DNA from: Cyanophora paradoxa CCMP329
Taxonomy: Eukaryota; Plantae; Glaucophyta
NCBI GenBank assembly: GCA_004431415.1
Contig: QPMI01000023.1
Coordinates: 160,376-224,375 of the forward strand
DNA: 64,000 bases
Direction of reading: 5' to 3'
Of this stretch, positions 12,215-26,046 are shown one piece after another. Position 1 is the first letter of the stretch. The number at the start of each line of letters is the position of its first letter. A program made the position numbers and the translations under genes. The notes beneath the pieces were generated by a model. The model was not told the origin of the DNA. It saw only the letters and a program-made list of their open reading frames with translations, and searched no databases.

Positions 12215-15200
12215 TTACTGGCGGAGGGCGATCGCAGCGACGACGGCCGCGAAAGCGACCGCCGCGGACGCGAAGGCGCCCCAGCGGGCCGACGGCGCCC
12301 CCACGGCCCCGCTGGACGGCCGTGGCGGCGCCGTCGAGTTCGATGGCGCCTCTCCCGCCATCAAAGCGTACTGCGCCCGGAAGCCGCCACCAAAAGGAAG
12401 TTAAATTCCGCGGCAATGCGATGCTGGGCCGGGCCGGGGCCGGGCGCGGGTACGCACCGCGCTCAGGTGGTTGCAGGTGGCCGTGTACACTGAGGCGCCG
12501 GCGGAGGCGGCCGCGGGCGCCGCGCGGCCGCACGCCTTCCACGCCCCCGCCGCCTCGTCGAAGAAGCCGAGGGACACGTTCTGGGCCTTCGCCGCGTCGA
12601 GCGCCCCCGAGAGGGGCAGCTCGAAGGCGATCCCCGAGGGGAAGCTGGTCAGCGCCGCCGCGTTGCCGGCCGCGTCCAGCGCCGTCGCGAATATCTCGTA
12701 CACGAGCGAGGCGAGGGAGTACCCGCCCGGCGAGCCGTAGGCGGACGCCGCGCGGGCGTTCACCGACACCTGCCGGAGGCAACGGTCCGGGTCAAAGAAA
12801 CAGGAATGAGTTCGAGCGAAACGGGGTCCAATCACCTGGAAGTCCGAGGCGGCGGCGTCTGTCGGGAATCGGATCTGCGGGGGATTGATGAGCACTGAAT
12901 TCGAAATGGGACCCGATCGCGAAGCATCTCGATCGCGCACTCTGGCTGACTGGAAGGAGACGGTCAGCGACTGAGCGTCCCTCCCCGGGCAGACCTGAAC
13001 GGCGCGGCGAGGGCCGTGCTCTCACATTGCTCGAAATGTGCGACGTAATTCACACGCCGACCTTGAAGCGCAGCGGCTCGAAGCTTAAGCCCGCCGCGGC
13101 GGTCGACGTCGACGTCTGGTTGCCGCAGGCGGCCGAGGTGTCCGCGAGGGTGATCTGGGCCGACGCCCTGTTGAGCGCCTGCTGCGCCTGCGTCCGCGCG
13201 GCCGCCGCCGCCTTCGAGGTCGGGGGCAGCGACGCCAGGATCCCGGCGAGGCCCGACTGCAGCCCCTGCGCAAAAAGTATGAACAGCTGCGTGGGGTCTA
13301 AGATATAAAGCCAAAATGGGGTAGAAAAGTATTCACGGCTGCGTCAATGCCAGCGGTCGTGGCCAGTTTCTGCAGAAAGCGAATTTTAATGAATGAACAA
13401 CTAGGAAAAAGAAAATAAAGCAAGGTTGAAGTCACTGCAAGCAGCAGATTCTGCGCACTGGATTCGCGTCGACGGCTTTCATGAGGAGAGTTGCGCTCTT
13501 GATCGCGTCTTCCTCCTTCAAAACAACACGCGCGTAAGCAGGACACATAAAGAAAAACTTAATGTGTAGCAGGCGCGCGCAACGCAAATTAAAGCTCAAG
13601 TACGAAGTCTTGAGCTTTAAAAGCTTTGAGCTTTAAAAAGCTTTGAGCTTTGATTTGCCATAGCTAGCAATTAAAGGCCATGGGCCGACCTTGAGGGCCG
13701 AAGTCTTCGCGGCCAGCGGGCTCATGGCCGAGAAGAAGTTCACAAGGGCGCCGGCGTTCTGCTGGTTTGTTAGCGGCGCAGTCGGCCGGCCAGCCAAAGC
13801 CGACCGCTCACCGCTGTGTTGGCCAGGTCGACGCCTTCCAACAATTTGCTGACGGCCTGCGGAAGAATGAGAGATCGATCAGGATCCCCAATTACAATAA
13901 GAGCGTAATCAATGGGACAGAGGTCCGCACGGCGATCAGGTTCGACAAGGCCGTAGCGAGCTCGGCGGCGCCGGCGGCGTTGGCGTTGGTCTGTAGGAGC
14001 GCCCGCTGCTGGACGCGGCGGAGGGCCGTGTTGTTCAGCTTCGCGAAGAAGGCCTTGAGCGTGCCCAGGAGCGAGAGGAGCCGCGACATCCTGGCGTCGA
14101 AGGGGCCCGTGCCCTTCGCCATCACACTCCGACGTCAGCTTAGAACTCGCGAAATTTAAATCTGAAACGAACGCACGTTCAAGACGGCCTGGGTTTGCTG
14201 GATCAAGACGCTCACGAGGGCCTGGCGACGGCTCAAGATCGTCAGACTTGGCTCGCGATCGTCGGAAGGAAGGCGAGTTCAGAGACAGAGGAGCTAGTGC
14301 ACCTTGAAGGCTTCCAGCGGGTCCGAGCCGGGCGAGGCCACCAGGGGCAGGACCTCGACCGCGGACGCGATCGCGAAGCGGGCCGAGAGCCTCGGCCGCG
14401 CGCTGTCCTCGACCAGCACCGTCAGCTTCGCCGTCTTCGCCGTGTCCGAGGTCTGAAGGAAAAGTACCAGGACTCGATTAGCAGCAATCGAAGTTTTGAA
14501 ATTTCGTGGCAGCCTTTCGCTGACCGAAGTGAAGTAGAAGGTCATCGAGGCGGCGAGGGACGAGCGGACGAGGGCGTCTGTGGAGAGGTCCGAGTAGACG
14601 GAGTAGGCGAGCGGCGGGGAGGCCGAGAGCCAGCCCGTGCAGTTCACGGTCACGGGGTCCACGCCGGCCTTGGCCGACAGGGGGCCGACGACGCAGCTCC
14701 CTCCGGAGGGGGCGGCACCTGAGCGCGTTCTAGTCAATTGGGATTTAGAGTTGGGAGCGGACTGCGAAGCTATCCAGAATTCGGCGCGGGCGGTGGTCAT
14801 GGAAAGCGGAAGCTTAATTAATAATTCGATGCTTGGGTACCGAGGACGGGCTGCGGCGCCGGCGTAGGTGCAGGCGCCAGCGGAAGCGCCGACGGGCTTG
14901 GCGAAGGGCTGGGCGACGGGCTCGGGCTGGGGGTCGGGCTCGGGCTGGGCGTTGCGCTCGGAGTAGGCGACGGGCTCGGAGTGGGCACGCAGTTCACTGC
15001 GGGGTGTCCTTGCTCGATTAGCGATAGACAGATGAAACAAGTCTCCGAAAACGCGGACCAGTCCCCGTGGCATTAAAACCACCATTTATCGTTGGATCCT
15101 GGTAGTCAGCCTGGAAGACGACGAAGAGCTTCGCGGAGGGTCCCGATGCGGCGAATGCGGGGAGACTGGCGACGTTGACGGCGCCTGAACCGATGCCTTT

Positions 15201-16773
15201 GGTCGTTGTCGTTAGATTGTTGAACACCGTCCCGACGAACGAGTACACCTGATCATGAGTTAAATAATGATCAATACATATTGAAACAAGCTAAGATTAA
15301 GCGGAAACAATGATCAATTGAGCACTCACGAACGCTGTGTCAGCCGGATCCGGTTTGGCCGACCCTTCGACGGACTCGAAGTCAACGTTCTTAAAGGACA
15401 GAGTCACGTTGCTGCTGTTCGCGCAGCTCGTGGGCACTTCAAAGACCCTGCCGGACGGTCGCAGTCAATTTTCTAAATTGAAAGACGGTTAGTGCAGTGG
15501 CCAGCCCGCACCAGACGCCGAAGTTGCCCAGACTATAAGGTCCGTAGCTGATGGATGCCGTCGTGTTGTACTTGACAGCAGTGTAGCCTGTGACTGCGTC
15601 GCAGTTCGCGCAGTCCGTGTAGGGTCCCGGGGATTCATGCTTGACAAAGACTTCGAGCGCCGGTGCCGCCGTCGGGGTCGCTGGGGGAGCCGCAAGTAGC
15701 CCGTCAGAGCTAGCGGTGCATGTACATGTACATGTACAGCATAGATACAGGCGCTTACTTCCAGCTTTAGGAATGCTCCAATACCGCGCCGCGAAGCTCC
15801 AGGACTCGTAGACGTGCCAGAAGAAAACCAGCACATTTGAGGAGCGCGAGGTCACCACGGAGCCGTCGGTTCTGAGGCTGCTGCCGATGGCCAGCAGAGC
15901 CGGCGGGGAAACGCCGACGTCCACGATCTGTGTGCTCATGATCATGATCACAAGCTATACAATTAGTTTCTGCAAGCTTGAGCTCAGGGCTCATGGAGGC
16001 TAGGGATTCGGGCGGCGGCGGAGGGGGCAGGGGAGGGGGGGGGGGGGGGGGGGGGGCGAGTCCAGGAGTCCGCTTGTGGGGGGAAGGAAGGAGAGGAGCG
16101 GGAGAGGGGGGAGGGGGGCTGCGGGGATTGAGAGGTGTGGGAGAAGTGTGTGGACGGGGGGCCGGGGGTAGAAGGGTCATGGGGGGGGGAGGAGGAGGGA
16201 GGGAGCTCGAGGGAGGGGTGGGGGGGGAGGGGGTGGGGGAGAAGCTTTCTGCCCAGTAGCCCTGGCCCTGCAGCTGGCATGAATGCACGAGCGGACCTTT
16301 ACGCCGGTTCCGTTGTAGTGATATGTATTATATGTGTATCCAGTCCTCTGATGAGGCAACTCCTGAGTAACGAACTCTATGCGGACGACCTCGCCGGCCG
16401 CTGCCGTGATGGCCCTGCGCAAACGTAAACGTGAGATTGGAAACTCATTATTGTGCTCATGCGCTCGCGACTCATTATCATGATGCGTAGGCTCTCTGTG
16501 CTCGTGACTCATTGTCACTGAGACGGCGCACCACGCATACGAGTCCTCGATGCGGTTGCCGTAGTTGCTAGTGTAACTGACGTTCAGCCAGGCCGGCGTG
16601 GAGGAGGCGACCAGCGCTCCCGGCTGCGTGCTCTGGGCCGAGAGCTGGCCGCTGACCACGGCCAACGGGGCCAGAATGCAGCTGCAGGCTAGGGCGCAGG
16701 CGATGATGCTGTAGCTGGCCCCAGCCGCGGCCGGCGGCCGCGGCCGCGGCGCCGGCGGCATGACAGCAGTCAT
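12215..16773 (-). CDS. Secreted/single-pass surface protein: signal peptide, CUB-like domains, Pro-rich linker, REJ domain and GAIN/GPS motif (polycystin/adhesion-receptor-like); multi-exon
   Basis: Hydrophobic N-terminus (IIACALACSCILAPLAVVSG); CUB-like exons (GEVVRIEF, VVTSRSSNVLVFF, VTLSFKNVDFE, LFVVFQAD..GGFNAT); REJ-like APSGGSCVVGP..VNCTGW..PLAY; GPS-like FFDEAAGAWKACG..ATCNHLS; terminal hydrophobic AVAFAAVVAAIAL then stop. Confidence 0.65.
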
Positions 16774-17458
16774 GATCTACTGCTGCTGATGTCGATGATC
16801 TGGTATGATGGTCTAACAATCTGCGCCGCCGCGCGCGGCTCCGATTCAAACCTCGGCGCCGGCTCGTCCGATGCTCCTGGGCCTCCTGGCTCTAGCACTT
16901 GCCGGCGGCAGCACTCTGCAGAAGCAGACTGCGCAGCCGCTGACGACTCGGCACACGTACGGCGCGGCGGATGGGCCGGCCGCGCGCGGGGCTACGACGT
17001 CCGACGTCCGACGGGGCTCCGCGTGTGGCGCACCGGCTCAGCTATCGTCTTGGCTCGCGGCGTCCGCCAGGGAGCTGCTGCCGCCGCCTGCCGGAGACCG
17101 TCGGACGTAACTGCCGCAGTGCCAAGTTGGCCAGCGCGGGGGTACAGCGTTCAGAATGTGTCGGAGCCTGGCTTCAAGGCTGGTACGTGCTTACGCATGC
17201 GCACAGTGGCGCCGCGCACGCAGTCTAGCTCTAGCGACCGTACGCGTCTTCAAGGCTTCGTCTTCTAGATGCGCGCGCGCGCGCGCAGAACGTATTAACT
17301 TAAAGCTTCGGCAGAAGCAAACATGCTTTTGCAAAAATGCATTTGGCCGTGGAGGGCGCAACCCGCCGCTGCAGGACCGGAGTAGCGCGGCGACCGGCGC
17401 CGGCGCCGGCGCCCGCTGCAGGCCTAGGCGGCCCGGCGCGCGGCGGCCCGGCCTACCT

Positions 17459-19071
17459 TCAGCGCAGCTGCTGCAGCGCGGCGCGGGCGGCGGCGAGGCG
17501 CTCGAAGGGCGGGTCCACTGTGGCGCTCGCCGGCAGCCGCTCCCGCGGGACATCCAGCGCCCTGCGCACAGGCCGCTCGCCTCGCCTGCCTCAGCTCAGC
17601 TGGAGCGCACGTGCGGGCGCGCCTGACGAGCGGGGGTACAGGAGGGCGGCGTCCAGGAAGGCGGCGGCCTCCGGGCCGACCAGGCGGCCCCGGCCAGACG
17701 CGGACGGCGCAGCGCCCGGGAGGGCCGCCAGGGCGCCCGCCACGTCCGCGGGCGAGGCCGGGGCGGACGGGGCGGACGAGCCGGGCCGCGAGCCGCGGAT
17801 CGGGCAGCGCCTCAGCCAGAGCTCCCGCAGCGAGGCCACGCCTGCGGCAAAAGCTGAGGCTGGGGGTCGGGAGGGCATCGCGCCGGGGGTACCGACACCT
17901 GCGAGGGAGCGGAGGGCGGCCGGGCGCAGGGGGCACCCCTCCAGAGTGATCCTTTCGGAAGGGGGGTACGCATTAGACGAGGGGAAAGAGGTGCGAGAGG
18001 TAGGGGGGGGCGGGGCGCACTCGGCGAGGCCGGCGAGGGCCGGGGCGTCGGTACCCCCCTCCATCTCGAGGGGCAGGGGCTCGCAGGAGACGAGGGTGAG
18101 GGAGGGGGCGAGGGCCCAGTGTACCCCCGCGAAGGCGGCGGGGGCGAGGAGGGAGAAGGCGGCCTCGGAGGGGTACGAGGTGAGGAGGGCGCGGCAGCGG
18201 AGGCCGGCGGCGGCGGCGGCCCGCACTGAGGCCTCAAAGGGAAGCTCGAGGGTGTGGGCGAGCCGCAGCCGGGGAGCCCGCCCCAGCGCCCCCTCCAGCG
18301 CGCCCGCCTGCAGCACGGCCCCCAGGCGCTCAAGTGATTTCAGCGCCGGCAGCTGCAGGCGGGCCGGAAAGCGCGTCAGATGGGGAGGGGGGGAGGAACG
18401 GCCGGGGGTACGGCCGCGGACCAGCTTGGGATCGTCGACGCGGGCGAAGACGGGCGGGGACAGCGGCCGACGGTAGCGGACGCTCAGCTCGCGCAGTCCG
18501 TCCGCGAACGGCGCCTGGCGCCGAGGTCAGAAAAAAGGGGGGGAGAGAACCCGAGGGGGGTACCGCGCCTTGTTGAGGCGGAGGGCGGAGGCGACGTGCT
18601 CGAGGCCGGAGCGGGCGAAGGGCGGCTCGCGCGGGAGGAGCACGTCCAGAGCCTCCAGCGACTCCGGCGCGGCCGCGAGCGCCCGCCACAGGTGCAGGCC
18701 GTCCAGGTCCAGGGGGGTACCCCCGGCGACGCAGCGGAGGGCGAGGGAGCGGGCGCCGGCCCACGCCGGCCGCGCGAGGATCTCGGCGGCGTCGCGAGCG
18801 GACACGGCGTCCCGCGCCGCGTGCTCGAGCTCCGCCGCCTCGGCGCGCAGCTCCGCCTCGTACGAGGGCAGGTGGCTCCGCCCCAGCTCGCCCCGGAGGG
18901 CGGCCAGCCGGCGGCGCAGCTCGCCGCGGAAGGCCGCGCCCTCGAGCACGTCGCCAGCAACGCTGCGCGTCCCGCGCCGCTCAGCGCTCGAATCGCGGGG
19001 TCGTTTTCGATGAAGCGCACGTCAGGACGAGGCGGGCCGGCGGGGGTGCTTCGCGGGCGACGGAGCGCCAT
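17459..19071 (-). CDS. Leucine-rich repeat (RNI/F-box-LRR-like) protein; multi-exon
   Basis: LxxLxLxxC-like segments (SLRELWLRRC, SLTLVSCE, RITLEGC, SLEALDV) in exons flanked by host-type splice sites; boundaries approximate. Confidence 0.45.
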
Positions 19072-19596
19072 CGCCTGCAGACGGCGGCGGCCCTCAGGCG
19101 GTCCAGCGGGCCGTCGAGGAGCGCCAGCATTGCCGCGAGGACGTCCCTCGGCACGGCCCGCGTCGCCGCGTCCGCCTCGCCGTCCCCGTCGTCGGGCCCG
19201 CCGTCCGCGTCTGTGAGGGCTTCCGTCAGAAAGAGCTTTCTGCCGGCGGGAAACGAACACGTACATGCGCACCCGAGGGTCGGTCGGGAAGGCCGGGCCT
19301 CATGATCACCGGCAGCTCCAATCGGCCGCTAACTGACGCGTAATGTGCAGAGCTGTGCAGAGCAGTAAAGCTGAGAAAGCTGAAGCTGAGCAAAGCTGAG
19401 AAAGCTCCGACGCGGGGGTACGTGCAACAGGCAGGGCCAACTCCGGCCCAGCCCCGGCCACTCCGAGCGTCTTAAGCGAGTGAACTCGCTTAGCTAAACA
19501 GATTCGAGCAGCTTCCGGAACCGCCTTAGCTCGGCGAGGCGTCCGGGGCTTCCTCGACTTGCAGCCGAGTGACGGCCCAACGCAGCGCGTGCGAGG

Positions 19597-22500
19597 ATGA
19601 AGTTCGGAAAGCGCCTCCGCGAGAATGCTGTTCCCGGTTCGTTCCTCGCGCTAGAAGTTTGGCGGCCGCGCCGCCGCGGCGCCGACCTGGAACGGAGCAT
19701 GCGAGTCGGCCCGGCAAGCGTCGTCTGCGCCTGCAAAAGAAAGAGCGATCGACATAGCATCCGAAGCCTGCCCTCCAAAACCGCTGCTCGGACTCGCTCC
19801 CGCGCGGCCGCTGATCCCCGGCCGCAATCGCTGCAGAGTGGAACTCCGCTTACATCGACTACAAGAGCCTGTGCGTCGCCCTGCTCCCGCCTGACGGGGC
19901 TCCGGCCGCCCAGTGACGTCGCCGCCCCCTCGCAGGAAGCGGCTGATCAAGGCCCGCCGCGCCCCGCCGCTGCCTCTGACGCCGCTCTATCACAAGCTCA
20001 CGCGCGGCGCGGCAGGCCATCAAAGCCGAGCGGCAGGCGGCGGTCGATCGGTGCGCGGATCAAATTCGGATGCGAGGGGCGGGTCGCGCTCCTCCGGGCT
20101 CGAACCCGCGCGCCGCAGGACGCGGGAGGCCCTCCCGATCGAGTACCGCCCCGCTGCGCCCGAGCCGCCGCCGGCCGCGGCCGAGCAGCTCCTCGCGCGC
20201 GTGCTCCAGCCCCTCACCGGCTCCTCCCGCGGCGTACCCCCCTCCGTCGCGCCCGGGCCCGGCACCTCCCCGCGCCCGCCCACGGTGCCCCCTGCCGCCC
20301 CCTCCCGCCCCCTCCCGAGCCTTGACGCGCGCCCACCGCCCCGCGCGCGCCGCAGGCCGACGGCATCGGGGCGGACATGGTACCCGACCCGGCGAAGCAG
20401 CGTGCGCGTACCCCGAAACGGCTTGTACCCCACTCCCCGAAACTCGGTACCCCGCAGTCGCCCGGCGCCGCAACCGCTTCTGCTCCGCCGTGAAGATGGT
20501 CTCCCTCTGGCGCTCCTGGGCGTGCGTACCCTCCCCCCGCCCCTCCTCCCCGCCTTCCCCCCAAACCAACGGCTCCCCCCCCCCCCACCCAAAGATCCGG
20601 GAACTCGGAGCGCCCGTCTCCCGCCGAGGCGGCCTTCCTCGAGGCCCTCGAGAGCGAAACTCGGAAGGTGCGCTCCGCACCCGAACCCCCCCCCCCCCCC
20701 CCGCGAATTTGAGTTCAAAGAGTCGTACCCCCGCAGGCGGCGAACTTCTACGTGGCAAAGAGCGAGCAGATCCAGGGGCAGTACGCCGACATCCGGAGGC
20801 AGATCGCCGCGTACCAGGTCCGCGTACCCCCCTCCGGCTTGTCCCCCTTCCCTTTCTCGAGCCCATTCTTTCCGCAGCGCGCCGGCAATTCCGCGACGGT
20901 CGAGGCGCGCCGGGCTATCCTGGAGGTGCGGCGTACCCCCCCCCCCGCTCCCCGATATCGTACCCCCTCCCCGGCCCACGACGGCCGCGTACCCCCGTTC
21001 CCAGACCTGCGTCAAGTTCGTCCGCGTCCTCGACATGCTCGAGGTGCGCGGCCCTACCCCATCTCCCGATTCCTGTACCCCCCCCCCTCACCCCACGAAC
21101 CCCAGAACCGCTTCCGCCTCCTGAACGTCATGGCCGCGACCAAGGCCGTCAAGGCATCCATCCCCCTTCTCCCGTACCCCCCGCGTGATCCTCCCCCCGA
21201 CAGAAATACGACAAGGTGACGCGCAGGCGGACGCTCGCCTCGTTCCGCGCGGCGCTCGACCAGGTGCGGCCGGCGTACCCGCCCCCCTTCGATCTAGTCG
21301 GGCCCGTAGCCAGCGTCCGCCTGGTCCATCCCCCTCCGGCGGGCCCGGCTGACGCCCCGCCGCGCCCCACACCCCGCCCCGCGCGCCTCTGGCGGCCTGG
21401 CCCGGCGCCGGCCCGGCCGACGCCGCCCCCGCCCCTCCGCAGATGCCGGGGCTCTCGTCGGACCTGCTCGAGCACCTCCGCTCCGACATCACCGCCCTCG
21501 TCGGTCCGCCCCGCCCCGGCCCGCCCCGCCCGCCCCGCCCCGGCCCGCCCCGCCCCGCCGCCTCTTCGAAGAGCGGCGCATCCCTTAATCTGGAGCGTAC
21601 CCCTGGACCGCCTACGTGGCTAAATCTGGAGGACGAACCCAAGTGGCTCTGGACCGCCCCCCCCCTCCCCCCCCCCCCCCCCCCCCCGCCCCTTGAGCGC
21701 CTCAGTGCCGCCCCTCCGCTTCTTCTCTAGTGCCTGCAGCCTTTAGCCTAGACGATGCGGCCCGGCTGAACCCGCCCGGCTGACCGTCGGACCCGACCGG
21801 CACCGGCAGCGAACGCGTTCTACGGGGCGAACGCGCGGGCGGCGCGGGAGCGGCTGCGGGTGGAGCCCCCCGCCGCCTCCTCCGAGCACGTGCGTCCAGA
21901 ACAGAGGGAGAGAGAGAGAGCGCGAGAGCCCGAGAGGAGAGCGGAGCCGCTGAATAGCCGGGCGCCCCGGCGGCCCCAGCGCACAGCACGTGTTCCTGGA
22001 GGGGCTCTGAGGGGGGAAGCCTTAGGTGGCATAGGTGGCATAGACTCTGCCCTGTCTAACGACTCTAAGAGCGGCGCCCCTCGATATATGAAGGGCTGAT
22101 CGCCCCCACCCCCGCCACCGCCCCTGCCCCTTCGCGCAGCACGTGTTCCTGGAGGGGCTCTACCTCGGCGTCTCCCTCACCCTCCTCGCCGCCATCGCCC
22201 TCGGGTGCGCCCTGCGCCCCCGGCGCCCCGTCGTCCCCCGCGGCCCCGGCGCCCCCTGTCGCCGTAGGCAGCAGCCCAGAGCGAGGGCTCCCCCTCGATT
22301 GGCAACTCGTTTGGGGCTTCGAGGGCCCTAGACGGGCTAGACTAGACACCTCCGTCCCGCTCCAGCCCAGCGAGCGAGAGCCGGCCTCGTGGAGCGTTCG
22401 AGCACTGGATCTAATCGAATCGAATCGAATCTAATCTCAACGGCAGGGTGGCGCTGGCGCGGGAGGTGGACGAGCCGCTCCTGCGCGCCGTCTTCCCCGT

Positions 22501-22697
22501 CTTCCGCGGCCTCTGGTCCGCCTTCTCCCTCCCCTTCCCCTCCTCCGCTTAGAAGAAGAAGAAGAGCGGCGCTAAGAGGCTCCGCCCCGCTCCGCCCTGC
22601 TCGCTCCTCCTCTGAGGCCTGGGGCGACGGGCGGGCAGCGTGCTGGTGGCGTACCTCTGGTGCTTCGGCGCCATCGTCTTCGTGTGCGTGGCTTCGG

Positions 22698-22728
<31 letters not shown>

Positions 22729-25700
22729 CGGGGCTCGCCCTCGCCCCCGCGCCCCCCCCCCCCTCCCCTTGGCGCGGCGCGGGCGTGGGCTTGGGCGGGG
22801 GCGGAGCCGCTCGCCCCCGCCCCTCGCGCGCCCCGGCCCACGCCCTGGTGCAGGATGGGGCGGGCGCGGATCAACTACCGCTTCATCCTCGACATCGCCC
22901 CCGACGTCGCCCTCGACCACCACGTCCTCTTCCAGGTGAGGGCGGAGGGGGAGGGAGAGGGGGGGGTAGAGGAGGGCGCCGACGGCCCTTGGCACCGCAG
23001 AACTGCGCGCTGCTGACGGCGGCGCTCTTCCTCGCCTTCTGGATGTTCTACTCCTCCATCTCCTCCGGCGCCGCCCTCTCCCTCGCCGTCCGCGCGCCCC
23101 CCGCCCTCCCGGCTCCGCCCTTCCAACGCCTCTCCAGGCGGTGGCGCGGCCGCAGTACATCCCGCTGTACGTCTACGCGGCCTTCGCCCTCCTCGCCCTG
23201 GCCCCGCGCCTCCAGCGCACCCGCCACCAGTCCGCACGCGCCCGCTTGAGGAATGCTTCCCCTGAGGACTGCTTCAGGTACTGCGGGGTGCTGCGGTGGA
23301 TCGTGGCGACCCTGTTCCGCGTCTGGACGGCCCCCTTCGTCGAGGTCCGCGGCCCCCCCTTCACCCGCTTGCTCTCGCCGCTTCGCCCAGGCCCCTCTCA
23401 TCTCGGGGCCTGACGCCGGCGTCCTTCCCCCCACCCTCCCCTCCCCGCCCCCACAGATCCGCTTCCGGGACGAGTGGCTGGGCGACCAGATGACCTCCAC
23501 GGTCATCTGCATGACCGGTCCGCCGCCCCTTCACCCTTCGTTCGCCCGCGTTCCTCCGGGTTCCCGGATTCCCGCCCCGCGCCGACCCCGCCGCGCCAGA
23601 CCTCTTCTACACGTACTGCTACTACCCCACGCAGCTCCACCGCTCCCCGAGTGCGGCCCCTTCCTTCTTCTCCGCCCGCCCGCCCCCTCCCCCTCCCCGC
23701 CCTCTCGCTCAGGTCTGCTCAGGTGAGGCGTCAAGCTTCTGCGGCTCCAAAGCCCTGTGGACGCCCGTCATCGCCAGCTACCCCTTCCTCGTCCGGTGCG
23801 CCCGCCTCTAAGCAGCTCCCGAGGATAAAAGCTCACGCTCGCGATCGATCGCCCCTTCGTTCGCAGGATGCTGCAGTGCCTGCGGCGTGCGTGGGACCTG
23901 CGTGACGTCAACCCAAAGGAATCCACCACGCAGATCTGGAACGCCGTCAAGTGCGGCCGTACCCCTCCCCACCACGAACGCGCCGCCCAGCCTCACCTGA
24001 GCCTCACCTGACCTAGGTACCTGACCTCGATCCTGTGCGTCGTGATCTACGCCATCTACGGCCACGTCCACATCCACGGCGAACTCGGTGCCCCCCTATC
24101 TGATCTGATCTAATCTAGATTTGATCTGATCTGATCTCGCCCCGCCCCGCCTGATCGGCCCCGCCCCTGATCGCCCCCGCCGGCAGCGCACAGCCTCGTG
24201 CTGGCGCTCTTTGTCGTCGTCTCGATTTGGAGGTGCTTAAAGCTTGGTCGCTCCTTTGATTTGGGCACCGAAGGCGCCCGGCCGGCGGCCTTCTTTCGAG
24301 GCTCGGGTGTAGCCGAGCCGAACCCAACCGCGTCGTTTTCGCCGCAGCACGATCATGAAGATCTACTGGGACATCCAGCTGGACTGGTGCTCGAATCCCG
24401 CCCGGTCCTCTTTGTTCTGCTTTCCCTTCCTCGCTGACGCCGGCCCCGCGCGTCGCGCCTCCCAGGGGCATGCTCCAGCTCCGCCCGGAGACCACGGCCT
24501 CGGGCAAGGTCAGGGAGGGGGGCCCGGAGGGGTACAGCGTCGCCGGCTGGCACTCGGCCCTCCGCCGTCTCGAGCTCCGCCCCGCCCGCATCTTCGACCA
24601 GGCCTGGGTGAGCGGGGCCGAACCCCTCTCCCGCCGCCCCCCCCCCCCCCCCCCCGTTCCTCCCCCCCTCAAACCCACCCCCTACCCCCCCGGCCAGGTC
24701 TACTACGCGGCGATCGCGTTCAACGTGTTCGTGCGGCTCACGTGGGTCTTCCAGACCAACCCCGCCCTCTTCGTGCGCGCGGCGCCGCGCGCGATAGATT
24801 CGAGGACGCGGCCGCCCACGGCCGCTCACGGCCGCTCACGCGCCCGCGCAGAGCGCGGACATGGAGGGCGAGGCCTTCAAGATCCTCCTCGCCGTCCTCG
24901 AGACCGGCCGCAGGCGCGCCTGCGCCCCCGCCCCCTTTCGTCTTCTCCTCCTTCTCCTCACTCTCTTCTCCGGGCAGGGCGGTGTGGAACCTCTTCCGGA
25001 TCGAGTACGAGCAGCTGCGCAACTGCGCGAGCTTTCGCGCCTTCGACGTGCAGGCCCGCCCCGCCCCGCCCCGCCCCTAAGGCCTAGGCTAGGCTAGGCC
25101 AGGCCAGGAAGGAAGGCTGAGGCTGAGGCTGGGGGCAGGTGCCCCTGCTGTTCGTGCCGGAGGAGGAGGACGAGGAGGAGGCCGCCGCCCACTCCGAGGC
25201 GCGCCGCCCTTCCCCTCGCTTCTTTCCCGTTTCTTACGGACGCGGGCGCAGAGGCTCCGCCGGACGGCCCCGGCCCGCCCCAAGCCCGACGTCGGTGCGC
25301 GCGCCGGCGCCCGCGCCGCGCCGTGCCCCCTCCTGCTACGTTCGCTCGCACTTGACGCTCGCGGCGGCCGCAGAGATGGTGCTGGGCGGCTCCGGAGACA
25401 CCTCGGCGGCGGCGGCGGACGCGGGGCCGGCCCCGGGGGGAAGCCCGAAGGCCCATCGACGCGGTGCGGCCCGCCCCCGCCCCACTCTACGCACCCCAGG
25501 CGAGCCCCGCGCCCGCCCGCCCCCGCAGCAGCCGCCAAGTCGCAGTCGTTCCGGGAGCCCGTGCGCCCGCCCCCACCCCCCCCCCCCCCCCCCCCCCGCC
25601 CTCCCTTCAAGCCGCTCCGCCCCGCTGCGCTACGCTGAGCTCTGTCGCGCTTCCGTCGCTCGCAGCCGCAGGTGCACGTCGGGGCGCCGCGGGCCGCGCA

Positions 25701-25902
25701 GGAGGAGGGCGCGGCGGCGGCGGCGGCGATCGGGCGCCCCGTGGTCGAGGACCCGCTGGCGCTGGAGGCGGCCACGGAGGCGGCGCGGGCCCACGAGCGG
25801 CGCCACAGGGCGCAGCAGCAGCAGGCGCACCTCCAAGAGGGGCGCGAGGGGGGCGCCGCCGTCGACCGCGCCGCCCCCGCCTCGCTCGCGGCCGCGGAGT
25901 GA
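19597..25902 (+). CDS. SPX-EXS phosphate exporter (XPR1/SYG1/PHO1 family); multi-exon
   Basis: SPX signature MKFGKRL..EWNSAYIDYKSL.KRLIK and KAVK|KYDK; EXS motifs INYRFIL, FRDEWLGDQMTS, IWNAVKY, YWDIQLDW, FNVFVRLTW, LETGRRAVWNLFRIEYEQLRNCASFRA. Confidence 0.92.
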
Positions 25903-26046
25903 TCGATATCGATCGAATTCGAGCCCCAGGGAGGACCGCATGCGCAGTCGCTGGCGCCCGCTAGCGCTCCGTGTTATGTTCGCAGCAAGACGCACAGTTT
26001 CGAACTGCAGCTTTTCGTGAATAGAATATATATCTACATGCAGCTA

